Assembly: GCA_028695735.1 (NCBI GenBank)
Contig: JAQVIJ010000007.1
Coordinates: forward strand, 5,155-69,154
Source: Deltaproteobacteria bacterium
GTDB taxonomy: Bacteria; Desulfobacterota; Dissulfuribacteria; Dissulfuribacterales; DYLC01
Direction of reading: 5' to 3'
DNA length: 64,000 nt
Positions within the stretch are counted from its first letter, which is position 1, and each line of letters opens with the position of its first letter. Under the pieces are notes generated by a model. That model saw nothing but the letters and a program-made list of their open reading frames with translations. It made no database searches and was not told the DNA's origin. The translations under genes and the position numbers were made by a program. Of the stretch, positions 10,573 to 19,545 are shown one piece after another.

Positions 10573-12701
10573 TCGGCCTCTCCAATAATCTGTTCCAGCA
10601 GTCCTTCGGTTTCCTGTTCCAAGGCGTAGATGTCGGCCTTGATCTCATCCAGGGTGCGCATGGGCGCGGGTTTGTAGAAATGGCGGGTAAAGGAGATTTC
10701 GTAGCCCACCAGCGTCTTGTCTGCATCGATCCAGGCATCCGGGGTGTAGGGCAGCACCTCGCGCTGGAAAAACGCCTCGATGCCGCCAACTTCGAGCAGC
10801 GGCACCTGCTCGCTGTCGCGCAGGGCGGTATCCGGTTCGTATTCGACCACGCAGGTCTTGCCGTTCACATCAAGCTCGAACAGGCCGTGGATGGGGTCGG
10901 GCGTAGCCTTGCCGGGCTTGTGAACCTTCTTGAGCACCGGCGCGGCCTCCTCGCAGGTGTCGCAGAGCTCGCTTTGCAGCAATTTCTTGCGCTTGGTGGT
11001 GAGCTTGACGCCGTGCCGGTCGGCATCGGCCTCGCAGGCGGCCATAAAGGCGTTGAAATCGAGGTGCGGCCCGACTCCAAGCGTCTCGGCCACGCGGTGG
11101 GCGAGGCCCGCCAGCGGCTCTTCCTTGGCCTTGACGCAGGCCCGCTCAAACCGTTCCAGCCGGGCCGGGCTCAGGTCGACAGCAAGGCGCAGCGGTCGTT
11201 CCACCGTCACCTTCCAGTAGCCGAAGGCCTCGTTGGGGAAGATTTTGGACTTTTCGGTTTCGACGGGATTCACCACCAGATCGACTATCGTTTGAATCTG
11301 TTCTTCGGAGAACTCGCGGTTTTTCTTGCCGAGGTTGCGGCGCAGTGGCACGTACCATTCAGTGGCGTCGATGAGCTGGACCTTGCCTTTGCGTTCCTCG
11401 CTCTTGCGGTTGGTGAGCACCCAGATGTAGGTGGCAATGCCAGTATTGTAGAACATGTTCTCCGGCAAGGCGATGATGGCCTCCAGCCAGTCGTTTTCGA
11501 TGATCCAGCGGCGGATGTTGCTCTCGCCACCACCGGCGTCGCCAGTAAAAAGCGACGAGCCGTTGTGGACCTCGGCGATGCGGCTGCCCAAGCGGGTGGT
11601 GTGCTTCATCTTGGAGAGCTTGTTAACCAGGAACATGAGCTGCCCGTCCGAGGATCGGGTGATCATCTTGTATTCCGGGTCGCCAGCGTGTTGGGTGACA
11701 AATCGCGGGTCCTTGATGTCGTCCTTGCCGCCTAGGCGCTCTAGGTCATTCTTCCAGCTCTTGCCGTAAGGGGGATTGGAGAGCATGAAGTCGAACTCCT
11801 GCGACGGGAAGGCATCGCTGGAGAGCGTGGAGCCATACTTTATGTTCTCGGCCTCGGCCCCTTCGCCTTTGAGCAGCAGGTCGGCCTTGGCGATGGCGTA
11901 GGTTTCCGGCTGTACCTCCTGGCCGAACAGGTGGATGGAGACATCCTTGCCGTGGCTTTTAGCCAGCTCGGCGAGGCGCTCTTCTGCCACGGTCAGCATG
12001 CCGCCAGTGCCGCAGGCCCCATCATAGACGAGGTAGGTGCCCGATTCGATGTCGTCCTTCACCGGCAGGAAGATCAGGTCGGCCATGAGCCTGACGACGT
12101 CACGGGGCGTGAAGTGCTCTCCGGCTTCTTCGTTGTTCTCCTCGTTGAAGCGGCGGATCAGCTCCTCGAAGATGGTGCCCATGGCGTGGTTGTCGAGCGC
12201 CGGGAGCAGTTCGTTGCCGTTTGCGTCCTGCACCGGCTCGGGGCTGAGATTGACGCGGCCATCAAGGAACTTTTCGATCAGGTGGCCGAGGATGTCGGCT
12301 TCGACCAACGTGGGGATCTGGTTGCGGAAGTTGAACTTGCCTATGATCTCCTGGACGTTGGGTGAAAAGCCGTCCAGATAAGCTTCGAAATCGACCTTGA
12401 GCTGTTGTTGTTTGGCGCGGTTCTTCAGGTCGCGCAGGGTAAAGGGCGAAACGTTGTAAAATGCTTGACCTGCGGCCTGGCAGAGCGCGGCGTACTGGTT
12501 GGCGATCCCAGCCTCGTCAAGCTGCCGCTTCATGGCAAGCACTTGTTCCTTGGTTGGCTCCAAAACGGCATCAAGACGCCGAATCACCGTCATCGGCAGG
12601 ATCACGTCGCGGTACTTGCCCCGCACATAGACGTCGCGCAGCACGTCGTCGGCAATACCCCAGATGAAATTCACGATGCTGTTGTGGATCACATGGTTCA
12701 T
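10569..12701 (-). CDS. hsdM: Type I restriction-modification methyltransferase subunit (m6A)
   Basis: GEHFTPRDVV, DGACGTGGML (motif I), NPPY (motif IV), MFYNTGIATY. Confidence 0.96.
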   Translation of the reverse strand: MNHVIHNSIVNFIWGIADDVLRDVYVRGKYRDVILPMTVIRRLDAVLEPTKEQVLAMKRQLDEAGIANQYAALCQAAGQAFYNVSPFTLRDLKNRAKQQQLKVDFEAYLDGFSPNVQEIIGKFNFRNQIPTLVEADILGHLIEKFLDGRVNLSPEPVQDANGNELLPALDNHAMGTIFEELIRRFNEENNEEAGEHFTPRDVVRLMADLIFLPVKDDIESGTYLVYDGACGTGGMLTVAEERLAELAKSHGKDVSIHLFGQEVQPETYAIAKADLLLKGEGAEAENIKYGSTLSSDAFPSQEFDFMLSNPPYGKSWKNDLERLGGKDDIKDPRFVTQHAGDPEYKMITRSSDGQLMFLVNKLSKMKHTTRLGSRIAEVHNGSSLFTGDAGGGESNIRRWIIENDWLEAIIALPENMFYNTGIATYIWVLTNRKSEERKGKVQLIDATEWYVPLRRNLGKKNREFSEEQIQTIVDLVVNPVETEKSKIFPNEAFGYWKVTVERPLRLAVDLSPARLERFERACVKAKEEPLAGLAHRVAETLGVGPHLDFNAFMAACEADADRHGVKLTTKRKKLLQSELCDTCEEAAPVLKKVHKPGKATPDPIHGLFELDVNGKTCVVEYEPDTALRDSEQVPLLEVGGIEAFFQREVLPYTPDAWIDADKTLVGYEISFTRHFYKPAPMRTLDEIKADIYALEQETEGLLEQIIGEAE

Positions 12702-12707
12702 AGCCCG

Positions 12708-12998
12708 TTATGATTCCTTGCGCTTCTTGTCGGTTTGATTCGCGCCATCCTTGGCGCTCACCTTGCGGGCGTCCTTCGGACGTCCAAAATCGCTCCCGGC
12801 GTTTTTGTCCGCAGGCTCGGCCGCGTCGCCAGCCTTGACCCACGCGTCCACTTCATCTTTCTTGAACTTCCAAAGACGACCCATGCGGTGGGCGGGCATA
12901 CCATACTTGTCGATCCACTTGTAGACCGTATCTCGCTTTATGCCGAGATAGACCCCAATCTCGTCTACGGATAACCAGCGGTCTTCCATCTCGTTCAT
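12708..12998 (-). CDS. Excisionase-family (HTH_17) DNA-binding protein
   Basis: WLSVDEIGVYLGIKRDTVYKWI...PAHRMGRLWKF pattern; first gene of the RM operon. Confidence 0.85.
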   Translation of the reverse strand: MNEMEDRWLSVDEIGVYLGIKRDTVYKWIDKYGMPAHRMGRLWKFKKDEVDAWVKAGDAAEPADKNAGSDFGRPKDARKVSAKDGANQTDKKRKES

Positions 12999-13094
12999 TC
13001 TCTTGCTCCACGGGCGCTTTGGTTGTTTGCCACGTCCGCCAGAGGCGAAACGGGAGAGACTGGACGCACCTCTTGCAGGTTAAAAAACTTCATT

Positions 13095-13124
13095 AATATA
13101 CAAAGGCACCATGCGCTATGTCAA
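13095..13124 (-). promoter_or_regulatory. Putative sigma-70 promoter for the HTH-hsdMS operon
   Basis: TTGACA-N18-TATATT on the minus strand. Confidence 0.55.
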
Positions 13125-13164
13125 ACGATCTTTACCGATTTGAGCCGATTTAGAAACAAGGGAA

Positions 13165-13219
13165 AAAAGAAAACCCGTCACCTCGGAGAATGACCCCAGA
13201 GAGACGGGTTTGTCTTTTC
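13165..13219 (-). terminator. Inverted repeat downstream of ssrA (terminator or att-associated)
   Basis: AAACCCGTC...GACGGGTTT with flanking A/T runs. Confidence 0.5.
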
Positions 13220-13223
13220 TAAA

Positions 13224-13577
13224 TGGTGGAGGCGGCGGGAATCGAACCCGCGTCCGAAAGTATTCCACTCAAGCTTCTACGTGTGTAGTTCAAGAAAGGA
13301 ATCTCGCTCGGCCTTTTCTTCTTGAACAGGAGAAGGTCAAGCCAGCCTTTTTAATTTCATCACCCTGTGCAAAGGCGTCACAGAATGACTATCCCAATCA
13401 AATGACACCTGAATGTTACCCTTGGGAGAGGTTACACCAGGCGCCAGCCGCGATTAAGCGGCTAGAGCTAACTCGTAGTCAGAGTTGGCGTTTGTGTTTT
13501 TTCCCGCTTTTTACGAGGTGCAGGGCCTCGACACGCCACTTGAGCTTCCACACCCCCGTCGAGACCGGTTCGCCCCC
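13224..13577 (-). ncRNA. ssrA: tmRNA; tag reading frame ANSDYELALAA* at 13489-13454
   Basis: 5' GGGGGCGAA, 3' T-arm GGGTTCGATTCCC and CCTCCACCA end, ~354 nt, internal tag ending LAA-stop. Confidence 0.96.
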
Positions 13578-13645
13578 AGGAAATGTTTCGCTTAAGTGAC
13601 TATAAAAATAATCTTGTTTTGTGAAATGTCAAGGAAGCTCAAGTC

Positions 13646-14377
13646 TCAGACCAGCCATCTTTTGACCTTTCCTGCCAAAAATAGGTCTTTTAGGGTATGA
13701 AAGCCGTTTTTTTGCAGGTTTTTGACCAGAAATAAAAAGAGATATGCGGTTTGCATGGCATCTTGCAAGGCGTCATGGCTCACAAAGGCAGGCAGACCGT
13801 ATTCCTTTACCAGGTCATCAAGCCTGTAGGAGGAATTGAAACAAAAGCGCTCATTGGCCAAGCCGCAGACCTTTTCCTTGTAGCGCTGCACCAGGCGCAG
13901 GGTGTCAATGGCTGGATTGGCCAGGGTGCCGCCCATGTATCGCGTAGTCTCCCGATTGATAAACCCCATGTCCAGTTCTATGAAATGCCCAACCAGCAGG
14001 CCTGTGGAACAAAATGACACGAATTCAGGCAGTACCTCCTCTATGGAGGGCGCGGCCTCCAGGTCCTGAGGGGTGATGCGGTGTACCAGGGTGCTGTCCT
14101 TGGGCAGGTCCTTTTTAGGCCGTATCAGTGTGTAAAAATTTTCGCCAGGCACTATTTGCAGGCCTCGAATTCGTAAGGCGCCTATGGAGACGATCTCATC
14201 GCTTTTGGTGTCAAAACCTGTGAGCTCTGTATCCAGCACAACAAATTCATAGCACTCCATGGGCTGTGCCTGGTCTAATGCCTGAAAAAAGTCCCTGTTT
14301 GCCCTTAGAAGGCTGTGCAGTTGAGGGGTTCTGCCCAGAATGCGCTGGCTGATGGCCCGTAGCAAGTCGGCCATCAC
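13646..14377 (-). CDS. DEDDh 3'-5' exonuclease (DnaQ-like)
   Basis: VVLDTELTG, GHFIELD and HDALQDA motifs; translationally coupled to the upstream gene. Confidence 0.9.
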   Translation of the reverse strand: MMADLLRAISQRILGRTPQLHSLLRANRDFFQALDQAQPMECYEFVVLDTELTGFDTKSDEIVSIGALRIRGLQIVPGENFYTLIRPKKDLPKDSTLVHRITPQDLEAAPSIEEVLPEFVSFCSTGLLVGHFIELDMGFINRETTRYMGGTLANPAIDTLRLVQRYKEKVCGLANERFCFNSSYRLDDLVKEYGLPAFVSHDALQDAMQTAYLFLFLVKNLQKNGFHTLKDLFLAGKVKRWLV

Positions 14378-16305
14378 TATCCTACTCGAAAGAGATTTTT
14401 AAGCACGCCGTGCATGCGGCCTATTACGCCGAAGGCCTCTTTCAGGGTCTGTTTCTCCAGCTCTGAAAGGCTCGCCGGGTCTATGTAGTTATCAGGGGTG
14501 CGTCCCTGTTCCAGAAGCTGTAACTGGTGCACAAGCCTCAGCTGCATGAGAAATTCATAGGCGTCCCGCATCTCTGTGTAGAGTTCACGGGAGAGATGGC
14601 CTCCTTCATGAAGCAGTTGCATTCGTGCCAGGGTGTTGGTCTCTTTTATGCCGTTTTTCAGGGACATGAGCCTGGTAAAGTCCACAAACGGCGCTATTCC
14701 CCGTTTTTTGATGTCCAGTTGATTCTTGTGTTCCCCGTCCTTTTCCACGATGAAATTTCTAAAAAACGACAGGGGTGGAGGGCTGGACACACAGTCCTGA
14801 GCCAGAAAGTACAAAAAGGCCGTATTTTTTCGGCACTGCTCTGTCAAGAAATTCCTCAGGGTCCTTCCCAGCTCTATGTTGCCATAAGTGGGTCTGAAAT
14901 CAAAGAATATGGTGGCATTTAGGACCTCTTCGGGGTTGGGTTCAGAAACCCAGCGAGCAAAGTAGTCCTTCCAGGTCTGAAGATCGCAGCGCCACTTCGA
15001 ATTGGAGGCCATGATATTTCCAGGACAGGGCGGGTACCCGCATGCCACCAGGTGTTCTATTGCCTTTCGACTGAATTCTGTGAAGTATTCCTGGGCGGTC
15101 TTGGCCTGTTCAGTATCCTTTGGGTCTTCATAAAGAAGGGCGTTGTCTTGATCCGTGTGAAAGGTCTGTTCCTTGCGGCCCTCACTGCCCATGGAAAGCC
15201 AGCAGAAAGGAAGTGGCGCAGGCCCCATCTCCTCCTGCAGCAGGGTCAGGAGCCTGTCCAGCAGGTGGTCATTCAGAATGGTGATCATGCGTGTGATGTT
15301 ATTGGCCTTGGCCCCTTCCTCAATGAGATTGCGAATAACGGAAGGCATCTGGTTAGCCAGTGGATACAACCCCTGTATCTTGGTCTGAGCCATGATCTCT
15401 CGAAAGAGGTAGAGAGGAGAGGAACCTTGCAGTACCATGATGTCGTGGGCCGTGATCACCCCTGCCAGCTCCTTTTCGCGTTTTACAACCAAGTGGTGTA
15501 TTCTCTGGGACATCATGGCAATAAGGGCGTTAAAACATATCTCATGGGCCTGTATCGCCTGAATTGGAGAGGCCATGATGGTGGAGACAGGGGTTTCATA
15601 GGGCAGCCCTGCCGCCACTACCTTTGTGCGCAGGTCCTTGTCTGTTACGATACCTATGACCTCGCCCTTTTCATCGGTCACCAAAAGGGAGCCTATGTGC
15701 AGCTTGGCCATGCGGACAGCGGCCTCTTGTACGGTTTCATTCGGTGAAATGGTCTCAGGCTGTTTTTTAAGGATATCACCCACCTGTACGCTGAAGAGAT
15801 ACAAGGCGCCTTCGCTTCGAGGCATGACCTTATTGTGCCGCAGTTCTGCATAGGCTGTGCGAATGAGCTTGTCCGACATGCTCTTGAGATAATAATTGGC
15901 CACCTGTGGATTGGTCTGAATCAACTGTAGAAAGGTATCTTTGGGCAAGAGGAAACAGAAGGTATCCTCAACGGTCTCCACATTCAGATTTGCCTTTGTG
16001 CCCTGAATGATGGGCAAGGCCCCGATGTAGGAGCCTTCCCCGCGAAAGTCCTTGAGGCTCACCTCGCCTGTCTCATTTTTCAAATAGATCTTTACGCCGC
16101 CCTTTTGAATCAGGTATAGATAGTTGACCTCTGTCTCATCCTGACGGAATATGAGGGTGCCCTTTGGGTAAAAGTCGATGAGGCATTTGGAAGCCAAGTC
16201 CTTGAGAACTGATGGGGCCAGTTCACTGAAGGGCATGACCTTTGTGAAAAATTGGATTATGATCTCAGGGGATGGAGTGTGAATGTCTTTTTTATGAAGG
16301 TTCAT
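14377..16305 (-). CDS. cNMP-binding + CBS pair + DUF294-type nucleotidyltransferase protein
   Basis: N-terminal cNMP domain, CBS pair (GIVTDKDLR), GSEGRKEQTFHTDQDN NTase motif and a C-terminal substrate-binding domain (DIKKRG...NTLAR). Confidence 0.9.
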   Translation of the reverse strand: MNLHKKDIHTPSPEIIIQFFTKVMPFSELAPSVLKDLASKCLIDFYPKGTLIFRQDETEVNYLYLIQKGGVKIYLKNETGEVSLKDFRGEGSYIGALPIIQGTKANLNVETVEDTFCFLLPKDTFLQLIQTNPQVANYYLKSMSDKLIRTAYAELRHNKVMPRSEGALYLFSVQVGDILKKQPETISPNETVQEAAVRMAKLHIGSLLVTDEKGEVIGIVTDKDLRTKVVAAGLPYETPVSTIMASPIQAIQAHEICFNALIAMMSQRIHHLVVKREKELAGVITAHDIMVLQGSSPLYLFREIMAQTKIQGLYPLANQMPSVIRNLIEEGAKANNITRMITILNDHLLDRLLTLLQEEMGPAPLPFCWLSMGSEGRKEQTFHTDQDNALLYEDPKDTEQAKTAQEYFTEFSRKAIEHLVACGYPPCPGNIMASNSKWRCDLQTWKDYFARWVSEPNPEEVLNATIFFDFRPTYGNIELGRTLRNFLTEQCRKNTAFLYFLAQDCVSSPPPLSFFRNFIVEKDGEHKNQLDIKKRGIAPFVDFTRLMSLKNGIKETNTLARMQLLHEGGHLSRELYTEMRDAYEFLMQLRLVHQLQLLEQGRTPDNYIDPASLSELEKQTLKEAFGVIGRMHGVLKNLFRVG

Positions 16306-16379
16306 GGCGGCCTTTTGGCAGATGATATTTATTGTTGATTATATGCAAATGATTACAAAAAGACAATAGAGGATTGACT

Positions 16380-17798
16380 ATGATGCGGCCTCGCGTCCTG
16401 GTAGTGGATGATGACCCAAACATGTGCGAGATGTTGCGCCGGGTGCTTACGCGCAAGTGTAATGCCGAAGTGGATACCTCCACCTCCGGCACTGATGTCC
16501 TGAATTTACTCAAGACCACAGCATATCACGTGGTTCTCACAGACATTCGTATGCCCGTAATGACAGGCATGGAACTCCTGCATCACACCCTGCAAATGGA
16601 TCCTGATATCTCCGTCATCATCATGACCGGTTATGGAACCGTGGAATTGGCCGTGGCCGCCATCAAGGAAGGGGCCTATGACTTTTTGCAAAAACCTTTC
16701 GATAATGACCAGATAGTAAGAACCGTACAGCGCGCGGCCGAGCGCACCCTGCTTCGCCGGGAAAACAGGCGCCTTCAGGGCTCCGTCTCTCTTGAGGCCG
16801 GATTTTGCAGCTTTGTTGGCAAGAGTCAGGCCATGCAGCGCATCTATGACCTGATCTCTCGCGTAGCTGATACCGATGTGACGGTGCTTATTCGGGGTGA
16901 AAGCGGCACAGGCAAGGAGGTGGCGGCCCAATGTCTGCACAGGTTGAGCAGCCGTGGGGATAGGGAATTGGTGGCTGTAAATTGTCCGGCCTTGCCTGAA
17001 AATATCCTGGAGAGTGAGCTCTTTGGTTATGTAAAAGGGGCCTTTACCGGTGCGGTAAGGGATAAAAAGGGGCTTTTTTTAGAGGCAGACGGCTCTACAA
17101 TCCTTTTGGATGAGATAGGCGATCTACCCCTGCATCTTCAGACCAAGCTGCTGCGGGTGCTTCAGGAAAAGGAGGTGCGGCCCGTGGGAGGCAGTCAGAG
17201 TTTCAAGGTGGACGTGCGGGTGCTGGCCTCCACAAATCAAAACCTGGAGGCAAAGATAGCCGCAGGCGCCTTTAGGGAAGACCTGTTTTACAGGCTGAAT
17301 GTGGTCAGCCTAACCATGCCATCTTTGAGCAGTATTCCGGAGGATATACCTGTCTTGGCTGAGTTTTTTTTAAATAAATTCAACACGGAATATGGTCAGA
17401 GCAAGAGTCTGGGCCCGGAAGCGGTGTCATGCCTGATGCGCAGGCCATGGAAGGGCAATGTGCGTGAGCTGCAAAATGTGATAAAGCGCGGAGTGCTTTT
17501 GAGCCCCGCCGACGTTATTCTGCCGGAAGATCTGATAGAGTCCGCTCATGAGCAGGAACAGGAAGAAACGGTTGTGAAGCTGAGCGGGGATTGTCTGGAA
17601 AAGCTGCCCTACGGTAAGGCAAAGGAAGAGGTGGTGGCCAGGTTCTCTCGTGCATATATCACAAGCGCCCTCAAACGGAATGGAGGTAATGTGAGCGCCG
17701 CCTCTGTGGTCAGCGGCATAGAAAGGCAGGCATTTCAGCGCCTGATGCGCAGATACGGCATAAGATCAGCTGATTTTCGTGAGGAAGAACAGTCATAA
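16380..17798 (+). CDS. NtrC-family sigma-54-dependent response regulator
   Basis: Receiver (VVDDD, DIRMP), GESGTGKE, GAFTGA, FREDLFYRL, WKGNVREL and a C-terminal HTH. Confidence 0.95.
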   Translation: MMRPRVLVVDDDPNMCEMLRRVLTRKCNAEVDTSTSGTDVLNLLKTTAYHVVLTDIRMPVMTGMELLHHTLQMDPDISVIIMTGYGTVELAVAAIKEGAYDFLQKPFDNDQIVRTVQRAAERTLLRRENRRLQGSVSLEAGFCSFVGKSQAMQRIYDLISRVADTDVTVLIRGESGTGKEVAAQCLHRLSSRGDRELVAVNCPALPENILESELFGYVKGAFTGAVRDKKGLFLEADGSTILLDEIGDLPLHLQTKLLRVLQEKEVRPVGGSQSFKVDVRVLASTNQNLEAKIAAGAFREDLFYRLNVVSLTMPSLSSIPEDIPVLAEFFLNKFNTEYGQSKSLGPEAVSCLMRRPWKGNVRELQNVIKRGVLLSPADVILPEDLIESAHEQEQEETVVKLSGDCLEKLPYGKAKEEVVARFSRAYITSALKRNGGNVSAASVVSGIERQAFQRLMRRYGIRSADFREEEQS

Positions 17799-17899
17799 GG
17801 GAGTCTTGAAAAATTAGAATTTTCGTCCCTGTCTGCGTGCAATGCACAGGCAGGGACGAGCAAGGCAGTTGTGAGCGAAAGGGCAATTTTTCAAGGCCC
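17799..17899. repeat. Palindromic MITE-like intergenic element
   Basis: Outer stem GTCTTGAAAAATT/AATTTTTCAAGGC; inner hairpin TCGTCCCTGTCTG...CAGGCAGGGACGA. Confidence 0.65.
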
Positions 17900-17925
17900 A
17901 AGTGCGGCTCTGATGAAGCAGGCCA

Positions 17926-19545
17926 TTACTTCATGATGCTTCTTATGTATGCTGCATAGTCCTCTGGATAGTGTCCTGTGATCCAACGCTCCTGTCTTTC
18001 GCTGAACGCCCCTGGAGAATCAGGATGCCTGGGCAAAAAACAATAGAACAGCAACTGCCCGTTTTGACGGTCAAAACGCCTGGAGACCTCGTAGGCAGTG
18101 TTCATTTTTACTCCCATGCGGCTAAAGGCCTGCATCACCCGATAGATGGCCTTGTTTATGCTTTCTCTGGCGGTTTCGTTCAGCTCCAGGATGTTGCCGG
18201 CTGTCTTGGCCATGACCTGCACCTCACCCTGAGATCTCTGGGCCTTGGGCACATGGGCTATGACATGTTCATCCTCGTAAAGTATGAGGTTTGCGGGCCT
18301 GTCATTCTTGCCGTCCATGCGTCTGTTGGAGTAAATGGCCTGAAGATAGGTGGAAAAGAAATCCACATGGTATAGCCGTTTATATTCCTGTATGAAGGCG
18401 TTTACCAGGTCACCCACCACATAGGATGGCATGGGTTGGCCCTCCAGGTCTTCTACAGAGGCAGGGGCCATGGCGAACTGGTGGTGTATCTGCTGGTGAG
18501 AGGCATTCATGCGAAAGCCCGATGAAGAATAGTCAAAACCGTAGTTCCAGCCCCAGATGGTGGAGGTATGTTTGAGTTTAGCACCTTCCTTCAGCCTTTG
18601 AAGAATAGCCACTCGCATTGCCTCTAAAGGTCCTTGAGTTGCTATGCCCAGCTCCTGGGCCAGTTGATGGTATATGCGTTGATAATACAGGGTGCGCAGG
18701 CCCTGCATGTCCTGCCAGGTGAGTTGGGCGAGGTCATAGCGAATACTGTCCTGTGCCATATTTGAGGCGTAGTGGCCACCGGGGATGTAGCTGTTGGCGC
18801 GCAGATATTCCCATACATGTGTCTGGTTTAGAGGGCCATATTCACCCACAATGGGATTGGAGCCCTGAATGCCCGGCGTGAGCACCATTGTGAGCTTATA
18901 TGTATCAGGCAGGGCTGGATTGTTGACCACCACCTCAAAGAGCTCTCTGTCCTTGATGTGGGGGCGAGGCCGGCCGTTTTTGTCCTTTTCAAAAACCAGC
19001 CCTTTGAGTGTTTGGCCATCGGATATCAACTCACAACTCATTCGGGCTATAAAGGCCAGTACCTCCGGGTCCCTTGAGTTTTGCGCAAGGTCAAGCCATA
19101 CATGGCGAGGAAGATAATCTATCAGGTATGCCTCGCCCTTTTGCCGTAGGAGTTCTTTGATGTGGTTATAAAAACCACTGTCCTTGTCTTCGCTGGAAAG
19201 ACCTGTCTGCGTGCCCCGCACAGGCAGAGGCGCAAAGTTAAAGTTAGGTGAGGCGGCTGTGCGGTCTGCAGGTGTCTTGAGGATATATGTGGCCCCCCAG
19301 AAGGGGAATGGATTGGGCACCTCAAAGACCTCCTCGGCATGCTGAAAGTGCAGGTCTTCCTGTGGAAAATTGATTTGGTTTTCCACAGGAAGACCATCTA
19401 ACATGCCCATGGCCTGAATTTCGGTGGTGTTTCGCAGGTTTTTTACCGAGAAACAAGGTTTGTGCAGCCCTACTCGAAAGTTCCCCTGAGGCGTTACACA
19501 GGTTACAAGTGAATTCATCAGCATGCTTTTCCCCTGCTGAATCAA
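17926..19545 (-). CDS. Hypothetical protein with a GalT/HIT-like C-terminal half
   Basis: 539-aa ORF with WNYG...ASHQQIHHQ, YEDEHVIAHVP and a terminal PEDYAAYIR resembling GalT-family motifs. The start may be 19524. Confidence 0.7.
   Translation of the reverse strand: MIQQGKSMLMNSLVTCVTPQGNFRVGLHKPCFSVKNLRNTTEIQAMGMLDGLPVENQINFPQEDLHFQHAEEVFEVPNPFPFWGATYILKTPADRTAASPNFNFAPLPVRGTQTGLSSEDKDSGFYNHIKELLRQKGEAYLIDYLPRHVWLDLAQNSRDPEVLAFIARMSCELISDGQTLKGLVFEKDKNGRPRPHIKDRELFEVVVNNPALPDTYKLTMVLTPGIQGSNPIVGEYGPLNQTHVWEYLRANSYIPGGHYASNMAQDSIRYDLAQLTWQDMQGLRTLYYQRIYHQLAQELGIATQGPLEAMRVAILQRLKEGAKLKHTSTIWGWNYGFDYSSSGFRMNASHQQIHHQFAMAPASVEDLEGQPMPSYVVGDLVNAFIQEYKRLYHVDFFSTYLQAIYSNRRMDGKNDRPANLILYEDEHVIAHVPKAQRSQGEVQVMAKTAGNILELNETARESINKAIYRVMQAFSRMGVKMNTAYEVSRRFDRQNGQLLFYCFLPRHPDSPGAFSERQERWITGHYPEDYAAYIRSIMK

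Larger units (their letters stand above)
1..13223. mobile_element. Putative genomic island integrated at the ssrA 3' end (left boundary outside the window)
   Basis: Abuts the tmRNA CCA end; visibly GC-richer codon usage than the rest of the window; defence cargo and excisionase-type HTH. No integrase is visible in the window. Confidence 0.65.

Noticed and set aside
12708-12998. Prophage interpretation of the excisionase-like gene
   Set aside because: No phage structural, replication or integrase genes nearby; such HTH genes commonly lead RM operons.
13210-13599. 129-aa ORF, and a tRNA-like 3' end
   Set aside because: The ORF is antisense to tmRNA; the tRNA-like arm belongs to ssrA and is not a separate tRNA.
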